From positions 8,866,001-8,930,000 of the forward strand of contig OU015568.1 of NCBI GenBank assembly GCA_907165135.1: 64,000 nucleotides of DNA. The letters are read 5' to 3'. This document shows, piece after piece, positions 50,730-61,547 of this stretch. The position numbers and the translations under genes were made by a program. Numbering within the stretch: the stretch's first letter is position 1; every line of letters starts with the position of its first letter. The notes under the pieces were generated by a model that did no database searches, was not told the DNA's origin, and saw nothing but the letters and a program-made list of their open reading frames with translations. The stretch comes from Oikopleura dioica (Eukaryota > Animalia > Chordata).

Positions 50730-53700
50730 TTATCTGGTACCTCTCGAATTCGAATCATCATCGAATGCGTTGAAGGTGTCCCTAGACTCCTCATCGTCAG
50801 TGATTTTGCTCGAGGAAGTCGCTGAGGACTTTCTTGATCCTTTTGGCTCATCTTCGCTTTCACTAGAAAAAGAGTTAAGTGCCCTTTCTGTGAGAGAGAA
50901 ATTTACCTTGTAGCTTTCCTTGTTTTCCGCTTCTTTGTATTCCAATCGTAATCCCTCGTCCGCCGTTTTCTCTTTTTCTTGTTGATTTTCGGCGTCTGAT
51001 CCGGGTTGCTCGATTGGGCAGATTCCTCTGCTTTCAATTGCTCCAATACTGACTTTTTCTTGTCCTCTTGATCATCGTCTTTTTCTTGCTCTTCCGGAAC
51101 ATCGCTTAATTCTTTCTTCTCCTCATCCTCTGAATTTTCTTCTTCTATGACGGAAATTCCTAGAGGGGTCCATTTCAACGCTTCGTCGCACAATCGAGGC
51201 CTATTGGATTTGGCTTCTTTAGCTTTGTGCTCGTCGATGAGATCTTGTCGCGAGTGAATTTTCCATTTCCTCGTCTTTGGATCACGCTCAAGCATGCCCA
51301 GCCGCTGGAGAGTTGATGCAATATCGTGTGGACTCATTCCGGTTGAGTCTGCAATCGTAACGACCGAGAGGGTTGAGGAGTCAAAGTTTGACATGTATTC
51401 TAGCACAACGGATTTCCAGTACGCGTGGTAACTCACTCGCCCCAGGTCGGAAAGCGGCTTCTCGGGAGAACCATGCTGTCCTTCTTTTCTGGAGAGAAGA
51501 TAAGAAAAGTCAATCAGAAACCTGCCATATCCAGATCGCTGGTATTGTGGAAGAGTCATGATGCAGGAAACATTATACCTCTGCTGACAGGCCTTTTCCT
51601 TTGAGAAATAACCAACAAGATGACATCCAGTTTCATCGTTCTTCGTCAACACGTAAAACAGAAAAGGTTCAACATCGTAGTAAAGCGTTTTGTGGTCGAG
51701 AAAGAGCTTGACAAGGAGACACAAGTTCTGGCAATAAAACTTAGCGGCATTCCCGTCTACTTCGAAAACTGAGAGACCTTCGTGTCTGTAAATTTCTTTC
51801 CCCGGTGGGTGGAATTCTTTGCACTGCGTGCGATGCCGCTCGGCTACTTTTTTACTCTTCATATATTTCAAGCAGAACTCGCATAGATACAGTTTATTTA
51901 ACCTCGCATATTCGACTGGGTACGGACTTGAATACCACGTGACAATATCATACTGCGCAAACTGAATTCTCGCGGGGCATCGTTTCGTCAGTAAATCTTC
52001 CTCGGCCACCATTTCGCCCATTTGAGCCATTGCTTGACATCGTACTTGTCGGTAGAGTCGCTGATCCGCAGCGGTAATCATTGGTCTGTAAGGACGTTCT
52101 TGAGGATCTAAGGCTGCTTTTCGCTGTTTTTGTTCTTTCACGTGACCTTGAGCTGTTCTCGTTTTTCTTCCTTCCGGGCTCGGAGTAAAGTATTTGCTCA
52201 TTGCGTCGTGGAGGCCCTTTTCTACACCTTTTGGCTCTTCTGTCGTCTCTGAAATCACCTCAGATTTGATCATCGAAGGTCTTCGGACGCTATGAGTACT
52301 CTTGGCGAACTTTTTCGGCTTGAAATCCTTGTGCTCCGAGCAGTTGAGATATTTCATCTTTTTGCTGGGCCCGACTTTTTCGCATTTCCAATGAGCTGCT
52401 GCATCACATTGCGAGCAAACCGACCCACTGTACGGGCCTGTTTCGCCTTCAACCGGGTCGTTACAGATTCTACAAAGTTTACATTCGTCGCAATCCCAAG
52501 AATTTTTGTAGCACCAGCTAGCGCATTCTGGCGTCATACGGATGCATGAAGGATGGAAAGAGCTGCCACAGGATCGGCAGGAAATCAGATACTCCATCTT
52601 TGCTTTTAGGTTGTATCGAGCGGTGCCGTAGCAATTGAGGCAAATTGGCATTGGTGGAGCTGCTTTAGTTTGGGATCGAAAGAACGTTTATTATTGAAAT
52701 AGATGGTTAAAACTTAAACTTGTCTCCATCCCGACCTTGAGAGTTCTCTTCACTCTCCTCTTCATCTTCAGAATCATCGCTTCCGAGCTCGATCCTGTGA
52801 AACTTGTTGGAATCATGGCTCGTTCTTACAAGCAAATTCGCAGTAACTCCCCTCCCGATCGCCAGCCTCAATTGGCTCTTGAATTCACCGAGTTCGACTC
52901 CCTCGAGCCAGAAATTCTGTTGAATGTACTTGTCAATAGCACTGATGGTTGTTCCGTGCTGGTTTTCCTCTTTCATTCGTCGGATGATATTGCGCAGGAG
53001 TTTGATGTAGCAGCGGAAGTGGATGACGTCTGGATCGGTCGTGTCCCAATTCCGTTTACTTAGAAGGGTGATTTCGGGCTTTTTCTCAGCGACAGATTTT
53101 TGAGGAGAGCGAGGTAGCGTTTTTGGATCGCCTTGGCGTTCGATGAAGTACTCAACTAAACACAATGATAGAATAGATAAGCACGTATGATAGTTTACCA
53201 TTGGCAGGATCGATTTTTGGAATAACTTGATCGTCGTCGAACCTGGAGTCCACAAAGATTTGAACATCTTCATCACTGAATTTTCCATTTAGTAAAAAGA
53301 AAGATTTTTATTTATCGTAAAATTGGATCTTAATCAGCAATGATAGATTTGTGACAGCTGGGTATCTCTAGTCAATAGTCCCATGCTGAGCACGCACGCC
53401 TGAGAATATAGCGCCCTCATTTGGATCATGGTACAGATATATACGCTAGTCACTAAATTTCACCAATCCATTATATTAGAACGATGAATTAAAAGGAGTA
53501 AAATGTAAACGGCACATCCATCATTAGTTACTGTTGTTGTTGGACTCTTTCTTACTAATAATACTGATAATAAACTGAAAAATACAACTCACATTGAAGC
53601 ATCTGAGTCCTCTCCCTCTGATGAATCTTGTCCATTTTCCTCTTTATACTCCTGCTTTTTCGGCGTTACTTTCACCCACTCAGTTATAGACCGATTTTTG

Positions 53701-54085
53701 CTATTATCCGCCAAAGATTGCTTTTTCGCAGGTCGTCCTTTTTTCTTTGGCGTTTTCAGCTGCACGGACCCGGCCGAGTCCGATGACGATTTTCTCCCGT
53801 CGTCTTTCTTTGGGAAAAATGTAAAATTACCGCGTTTCTCTTCTCCCTCGATAATATCGGCGTCCCACATGGATTCTAGTCTGATTTTGAACTCATCCTT
53901 CGTCATATCTTCGAGTTCATCTTTCAGTGAAATGTACAGTCTTTCTGTCGTCGCTTTCTTTAGTTTTCTAAGCGCTTTTTGCACCTAATGTACCGTTAAA
54001 ATCAAATTTGAAAAGAACTTTTTACCTGTTCTCCAAAAATATCGTCAGGTATTAGTGATGTTCTACGAGGCCTACTTTTACCCAT
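50730..54085 (-). CDS. KAT6A: MYST histone acetyltransferase KAT6 (MOZ/MORF): WH1, H15/WH2, double PHD, MYST, acidic tail
   Basis: Winged-helix-like N-exons; [30 protein letters not shown] (DPF); [76 protein letters not shown]6A versus KAT6B not distinguishable. Confidence 0.9.
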
Positions 54086-54160
54086 TCTAAGATAGAGAAA
54101 AAATAGCTTTTGTTGGAATCTGGTTATTTATTTTTGAAGCAAGAATAAGAACTGGACAGG

Positions 54161-54842
54161 TTATTTCTTAGAAGCAAATTTGTTCTTTACTCCTCGCCAA
54201 GCAGCACCAAATAGTCCGACATCATCATCTTTCAAATGGGTTGAAAATTGAAAGCAAATAGGTATATTTTGACGAGATATCTTGCTAGGCATCCAATAAT
54301 GTTCAACCAATTCCTATAACTTCTTTCCCATATCTTCTATTGAAATCAAGATTTTGATATTGTCTCTCCGGCCCTCTGAAACCATCCTTTCCTAAATCCG
54401 TTCGAATTTGTGAAACGCCGCCAAAAGCTCTTTGTTTGTATCCCTTATCAATATTATTTTCGATAATGCTGTCCCCAAATCTGAGCCGATCAGGGTCCCA
54501 TTCGTTCGCAGTCGGATTACTGAACCAGTTCGTGCTTGGGCGCTCTTGTCGTTTTTCCCGCTCTTCTTGACGCTCTTGTTCCATTTTTTGTTTCGTTTCA
54601 AACTGCTGATGCTCTTCCCAGTTCATGATTTTATCGTAAGCGGCTTGCAGGTTTTGGAATTCTTGCGCTTTGACTGGATCGTCGGGGAAAATGTCTGGAT
54701 GGCACTTCATGCATTTTCGCAGGTACTCGGTGTGGATTTGTTTCTTGGACATATTTCGCGAAACACCAAGGATTTTAAACGGATCAGTGGCATAACGCCG
54801 AATGCTGATTTTTAAACCGCCGTTTCGGATTATCCGATTCAT
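54161..54842 (-). CDS. Small J-domain (DnaJ/Hsp40 class C) protein, probably mitochondrial
   Basis: Basic presequence-like N-terminus (MNRIIRNGGLKISIRRY) then DPFKILGV..CHPD..FQNLQAAYDKI. Confidence 0.85.
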
Positions 54843-54927
54843 GAACGATTTTACTTTTTCTAAAAGCAAAAACATCAGCTTCGTGCTGCTTTTCAATATT
54901 GCACTTTATTCTTCTATAGAAAAGGGA

Positions 54928-57900
54928 TCAGCAAATATCCGGCTCTCCAATTTGATCTAAGGTTCTCAGTTTCTTCAACCCTTCGGTCGTCTTTGTAAAG
55001 AAACCTTCTGCGGAGCCGTGTAAAGAATTCGAAAACAGTGAAAAAACATTATGAAGAAGGTCTGATTCAATTTGTGAGCTGACAAGAGGATTGCTTGTTA
55101 CAATCGTTTCGAATGACACTAGTTTCTTCGCCAAATGCTTGTCTACTTCTATCGCTAGTTGCTCGCAAGTTTGGCGGCTCTTTTCAGGAAGAAGATTTGT
55201 TTCCAGGAGTTGAAGATGAATCTTATCAAAAGTGAGATGACAGTAATAGGCGATTTCTACCTGTATTTTGGACAAAGATGGCAGCAACGACGATGAAACT
55301 TGCTCCAGTTCCTTTATATGCGCCAATTTTCCCGCGTTATACGCATACAGCGCGTCACTACAGTAATAATAAGCTACAGTAATAAATCAAAGGAAATTAA
55401 AACTATTGATTTACTTCCAACTACCTGATGTCTTGATATGCGTTGTTGACGATTTGCTTCGTCAGGGCCGTTTCAAACGCAAGAACATTCGCAATCACTT
55501 GATCATATTTTTCCTGAATAGAAACATTGATTACAATTGATAAATTTGAATATTAATCTACCTGAAAGCGTGGGCTATCCCTCAACGGCTGAGCATAGGG
55601 TCGATCTTCTTCCCATACGATTAGACTCGTCCGAATGCAGCTAATCGTGTTCACAATCGCGCAGACTTTATCCAACGAAATCGACCCCACATCAGAGAGC
55701 TGAATCAAACCAAGCCGGAACTCGTCGATAATTTCAAGCTCTGTCGCACTCGTTTTTTATATTGCTACTGTTGTAAATTTCGATTCCTGATTGATAAGAA
55801 TCGGAAAGGAGCGAAATACAAAAGGTATGATTTTCCGCCTGGCTGTTTAGTAGGGGCATTTCGTGGGGCGCTATTTTACGAGCTTAGATACCAAGTCATA
55901 TAAGAATCCGCTCAATACCAACACCGCCGCATAAAACAAAAGAAAGCCAAATAGAGAGTAAAGACTCGATCAGCTCGAAAACAAATCCAACTAAATCTCA
56001 ATCTACGCTTATCGATTTATATCTCAGATAAAAAAAAACGAGGAGTAATCAAGAGAGAACATGGAACAGCACGCTGTCAATCCCTACATGCTCGCCTTCA
56101 TCGTCGGAGTCCTCGTCTACGTTTACGCTGATATTATCGAGCAGTTCTTGGCGACTTTTGGACTTTAGATATTAATTCATAAAATGACCTTTCTCTTGAA
56201 TTGAAATTTTCTGCAAAGCTTGTGTACCCAATTTAAAACTGAATAGTACATAGAAAATATATAAAATGACTTTTCTTAATTAAATTTTTCAAGATAAGAT
56301 GTTGAACCTATTAAATTACAAATTATTTAATATCTTATATAACTTATATAATATAGGGCCACACTTGAGAAGTATCTTCTTCCTGTGAACCTCGCCAGTT
56401 TTTGTATACCCAGTTTATAAATAATTATCGGGTGGTTATCGTTTTGCCAGACCCGCGTTGTTTATTAAACCAAGAAATTCTTAACTTTACTTTCTCATCT
56501 GTACACTATTTACTATTTAACATTGTCTATGTTTATGCCTAATAAAACTGAATGAAATTATGTAAAATAAATAAAATAAAAATCAATTATAAAATGAAAT
56601 GTAACCCTTTAAAGTTAGTATTTCGAGACCTATTTGCACCAAACAGAACGAACAATTCAACAATTTCTTTAAAAATGACTTTGCCTCTGATAATAAAAAG
56701 TAAATCGTAAAATGAAACGCTAGCACTTCAACCTAATTGAAGATGGAAAAGCGCTAGAAATAAACGATTTCCTTGAAAATAAAACTTTGTCCGGGTTTTC
56801 TGAGACAAGCACTGGCATCGTCGATTAGTTAATTGCAGGATATCAAAGAATTGCATCGCTACTTCTTCTGATTTGATCGGAAACTCTCCACTGATAATTT
56901 CCTCTAGCATTTTTCTGGACGACACTAGCTCCAAGCCAACCCATCTAAAAGAAAGTCAACTTTCGTAAACCGTCAAAAATGTTCTTTCGTTACCTCGCCG
57001 CAATATCGTCATGCTCCAGAATCGCAAGAGGCCTGTGCATTTCTGCGATAGTAGGTTCAAACAGCTGTAACTCAGCGTCATTCGAAATGATTTCATCGAT
57101 GATATGACTGAAAACTTCATCATCAAGCTCTAATTCAAAATCGTCTTCGACTTTTCGCGCTGCAATTCTCAACAGCTCTGCAACGAATTCAATCGAGGCC
57201 GAGAACTCGTCAAAAATTTCTTCCGCAATCGTCGTGATGAAGTTTTGATACTCGTTGATCCACTTGTAAATAATAGAAAGAAAGTATTCCGGTTTCGCTG
57301 GGTCGTTTAATTTTGAGTTTGCGGAGTAGAAGAAGATTGAAAATTTCTTCCTGAGCGGCGCGACGAGTGCTACAATCGCTGCTTTTTGACCCGAAGCGAG
57401 ATGCTTCGGCAGGTTGAGATCATCCAACCGGCACAGCTGATTTTTAAGAGCCTTTGTGTCGGCCTTTGTGTACTTGTTTTCTTTCAATTTATCCGGGAAT
57501 CCTAATTTGGCGAGTTCAACAGCTACAGCTTGTTCGAGCGGCTCTGTTAGCGCTCGCTGCCAAGTTCGGCAGTATTCATCGACGTAGTCTTTGACCCCTG
57601 ATGCTTCAGTCGCTGAAATGCTGGAACACAGTTTTCTCAGCTTTGAGTAGTGTTCCGTCGCTTTTGAAAAGTTTTCGGAGGAGTCCTTGATGTCGGAGGA
57701 AATCTGCTCCAGCTCGTTGAAGAGTATCTTTTGAGGGATGGAAAATGCATTTTTGTGGAAAAATAGGTCGGAAAATGAGGTTTAGTATAAAAAATACGGT
57801 TTGATTTTATTCAGTAAAAATGTTTCTACAGTTGGGGGCCAAGATTGAAAATGCGCACATAATTGTAAAACGATTCGCAGGAGCCTTCAAATCGACAGAG

Positions 57901-59188
57901 TCCGTAGCCTTTTCTCTTGGCATTCGTGTAATCGTGTTGAATGTAGTCGTACATGGCCGCTGCTGTCCGATTGTGACGCACCCAGATCGCCGGCTCGATT
58001 TCGAATTGGGTTGAATTTGAATCGCCGATTTTGACATTTTCTGTTCCGTAAAGATGCACGGCGCAGGTTGAAAGAGAATCGCTGATGTCAGAGTGATAGA
58101 TCATTTGAAGCTCTAACTCGTCGCAATAGTGGATTACTTCTTCGACAGAACTAGAATTATTGGATATAGAAAGCTTCAAAGGTTACTCTTGTTTACCTTA
58201 TCGTTGTATTTTTGCCGGCTGGAACGCGGACAGCTGATCTCAGGCCCATGAATTGCTCGCCAAAATACTCGCAGCAGGGAAGAGTTTCTTTTATGTGCTC
58301 CATTTGCATTCTACTCTGCACACTTCTTTCTTCTTCCCAGACGATTGCAAAAAGAACGAAGCACAAGACAACGAGGGAGAGAAAGAATCCAGTGTTGATG
58401 GATTGGCGGGTGAGGGAAAGAAGAGACGCTCGAGACTGGGATTCTTCCACTTGAAATTCTGCGATTCGAGTTAATTGATGAAGATAACGCTGGTTTCTAC
58501 CTGCCATGCGTTGAGCATGAGTTTGAAGTCTCTCTTCAATGTTTTGTTGTTCTAGGTCGATATCTTCTTGAGTTACCCTATCCGGAAAGAGCTTATCAAG
58601 GAATTTTCAATGTAATAAATTGTTATAAACAAGAAATAAGGGCAAAAATTTAAATTCCTTTTCCTCAGCATAAGTCGGCGGAATGTCCATCGTCGCGGGT
58701 TTATTTATTCCAAGGACCATTTTCCTTAGTTTATATAATTTTTAGCTTGATCCCCTGTTATCAACTGGCTGATCAAAAACCCTCTTCGTAAACACGAGAG
58801 AAACCGATCTAGAAACCCTGATCGTACTCGATCGATCGATTGAAAAAAAAAACTGTGGACTCAGAGTAAACCAACGCGTCAATTTCCATCCCTGACATGA
58901 ATTAACAGCGCTTTATGTGAAGATTCGAGCTCGACGAGTTGAGAATTCTCGCTTTCCCTCGTCTTTTCTGACAATTCAGAGGACTTCTCAGCTAACTCTT
59001 TTGCCTCATTTGTGAACTCGCTAATTTGATCATTCAACTTGTTAATTTCCTCCTCCGTCTGCTGAATATTTTTCTCTATTTTCTAATTATGCCTGTTCCG
59101 AGCTTCGCGGCTTACCCAAACTGGCTACTGGATCGCTTTCGAATCCGAACTGATCAAGAATTTCACACACGAGCTCGACATTTGTCAT
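54928..59188 (-). CDS. RINT1: RAD50-interacting protein 1 / Tip20 family (multi-exon, two ~1.1-kb introns)
   Basis: APLRKKFSIFF..KLNDPAKPEYFL, FSHIIDEII, RWVGLE, IIDEFRLGLIQ, AIVNTISCI..WEE follow RINT1 motif order. The N-terminal coiled-coil exons at 58872-59188 are assigned by recalled alignment (less certain). Confidence 0.8.
56061..56168 (+). CDS. 35-aa single-pass membrane micropeptide, antisense inside a RINT1 intron
   Basis: MEQHAVNPYMLAFIVGVLVYVYADIIEQFLATFGL*; C-ending codon bias in an AT-rich intron; upstream TCTCAG acceptor; downstream AATAAA. Confidence 0.5.
   Translation: MEQHAVNPYMLAFIVGVLVYVYADIIEQFLATFGL
57826..58720 (-). CDS. Type II membrane protein (PPxY motif, one TM helix, Cys-containing ectodomain), nested on the same strand in a RINT1 intron
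   Basis: MVLGINKPATMDIPPTYAEEK / ..GFFLSLVVLCFVLFAIVW.. / SVEEVIHYCDELEL..GLCRFEGSCESF..GPQL*. Phase-compatible short introns, e.g. AG|GT..TTCTAG|T near 58150-58197. Confidence 0.6.
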
Positions 59189-59353
59189 TTTCGTTCTGAT
59201 AGGGAAAATATAGGAGGTTTTCTTTTAGGTCTTCAAAATTTATTTTTTGCAGCAGTGAAGTCCGAATTTTTTTTTCAAAATTGGCAGGGTGAAATTGAAG
59301 TGAATATGGCTTGAATTGACAGTGATTTTATGTGAAGAAAATAAGGCACTTGG

Positions 59354-61010
59354 TTATTGAAGTTCTTCCAATTTATCTTGTGCAGTGAGGATTTCAGTGT
59401 TGAGGCCGTTTCGCAGTTTTAGTAGCTCTAGTTTTAACATCATCGCTTCCAAATGCGGTAGGGGTCGAATTGGCGACAGTTCAGTTCTGGCGAAAAGAAA
59501 AAGCTGGTCTTTTGCAGTTTTTCCTTTTTTCGGCAGCTTTTTCTTTGAAGAAACAGGAGGCTTCGATCCCACCAATTTGTAGGCTTTTTCTAGTGCTGCT
59601 AGTTGATCCTTTTTGAGAGCAATATTTTCGTTGAGTGCAGAAACTTCTTCACTTTTTGGATTTTGGCTGGGTTTTTCGGTTTGTTCGTGAACTTGTTCGG
59701 CTGGTGAAGGGGTTGAATTTCGGAGAGCTGGGAGGGCGTAGGTTGCGTATGGTCGGGCAACTTTTGCTGGTTGTGAAGATAATGTGGCAATAAAAGATTG
59801 TGAAGGGTTCTGGCTAAAGATTGGATTACAAATTGGAAAATGAGAAGAGCTTGTTTACCGATTTGTAATCCAATCAATTGGACGATTTTTGGGCATCTTT
59901 GTTTTTGCGAGAATCGTCTGGATATTGGATCTCTTCTGGTATTTCGCGGTCCGCAAATATTCGATCCCTAATAAATTTAAGCAAAATACTAGAATTGAAG
60001 GAACTTACTCATCGTAGGCAATGTTGATGTTAGCCAGACGCAGGATTAGCTCTTCACTCCTCTGCCAAACCTCCTTGAACTCATTCAGTCCAGGAGAGAA
60101 ACTGAAACAGTCCGATTTGTCGATTGAGGCCGTCAGCTCTTTCCTCTTGCTGTCATATTCGTCCAAAATGTCCTTCTTCGCGGCTGCATTGAACCACCTT
60201 CGGACGCCAATCGCGACGTTGACGTATTTTACCAGCGAGTTGGATTTCCCGTAGTCTATCGCTTTTTTCGTCTTCAGCATTTTTCGCAGGTAGATTCTCT
60301 CTTCCCTCTTGTTGTTTTTTATCAGAATGAAATCCACGACGTTTTGTTTAGTCGTTTTGTTGTAAAATTCCACAACCATCTCCATTTCGTCTCTTTCAGT
60401 CATTCCAGATGGGACAAACTTCAGATACACGTGGTTTCGTGGTTCTCTGATTTTATGCCCCTCTTTATCGACGACTGCGGCCTTTATTCCTAAAAAAGTC
60501 AAATAAACTTAATATGAGTACTTCGGACTTACTTTTAGCGTTTAGCTCAACGGACACTCGCGGACCATCCCGCCCCTCCATGTAGAAATGATGAATAAAA
60601 GGCTCTTTCGGAATGAGCCTATTCGTGGTCTCTTCCAATTCAAAGAAGATCTTGTCCTCGACGCTCCAGTGACGGACAAACTTCTTCGACTTGATCGCTC
60701 TCGCCGTTTCTGGATAGTTTTCGACCCCGGAATTGAGTGCCAGATCCGCTTCATTTTCCAGCACATCGAGCTGCTCCAGATATTGCTCGTTTTTTCTCAA
60801 CTGGCGGTTCAATCGTTTTACTGCCGCTTCGGTCTTTAGTTTCAGCTCGGGTTTGAGCTTGTCTCGCCCATTTTCCTCCCTAAAAATGATGAGTTTCCAA
60901 TTAAATTTTGAGCTTTGTACGTACCAAATCTGCCAGTATGTCAGTGAATCAACGACATTCTGGTTCCTTGTCATAGCGTAATATGCTAAGTCATGATTTG
61001 GGTCTATCAT
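59354..61010 (-). CDS. Uncharacterised protein(s); one gene or two closely packed genes
   Basis: Open, charged exons from ATG 61010 (MIDPNHDLAYY..) with GT-AG introns. The link between the 60005 exon and the 59354-59900 segment is ambiguous. Confidence 0.5.
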
Positions 61011-61547
61011 CTTTTTTTTCTCTTTTTGACAAACGTCTTCGTTTTCCGGTTTCGCAGGGAATGACCTTTTCCCGACTTATCAAATCGGCGAAAAATTTAT
61101 CGCCTACGCATTCCCTCTGCGCGCTGCTGGAAGACAGAGGATTCGCTTCTTACTTTCAAAACGAGTCTTCCGAAATCAAAATTTTCTTGACGAGAAAATC
61201 ATTCAATTACTGACGGAATTCAATTATTATTATTCAATCTATTTGTCGAAGAATTCATGAAAATTATGTGGGAATAAATCCGCTTCTTTTTGGCATTTAT
61301 TCAATTTTTCCACCTTTTTTTAGAGTTTTTTTAATTTCCAAGGGGCGAATTCTATGATTCTAGAGCTAGAAATTCCGTAAAAATCGATTCCCTAAGCAGC
61401 GATTTTTGTTTTGTTTACTCAAAAAGTGCAAACATACCGCTTTGTGCAAATACACTTAGTTTTTATGTCCTCTTTAGCCCGCTTATTTCCATTTTATTAC
61501 TTACAAGGTGTAATTACTGTCGCTGATTTCATTTTCTAAGAAAGAGA

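Noticed and set aside
53310-53430. Possible box C/D snoRNA in the KAT6 intron (ATGAT..CTGA, minus strand)
   Set aside because: The C box is a poor match (ATGATCC), and I could not identify a terminal stem or rRNA guide.
35065-54085. Functional linkage of KAT6 and the PZP gene as a MOZ-BRPF complex cluster
   Set aside because: The PZP protein looks AF10-like (leucine zipper, no bromo or PWWP domain seen), and the genes lie in different operons 13 kb apart.
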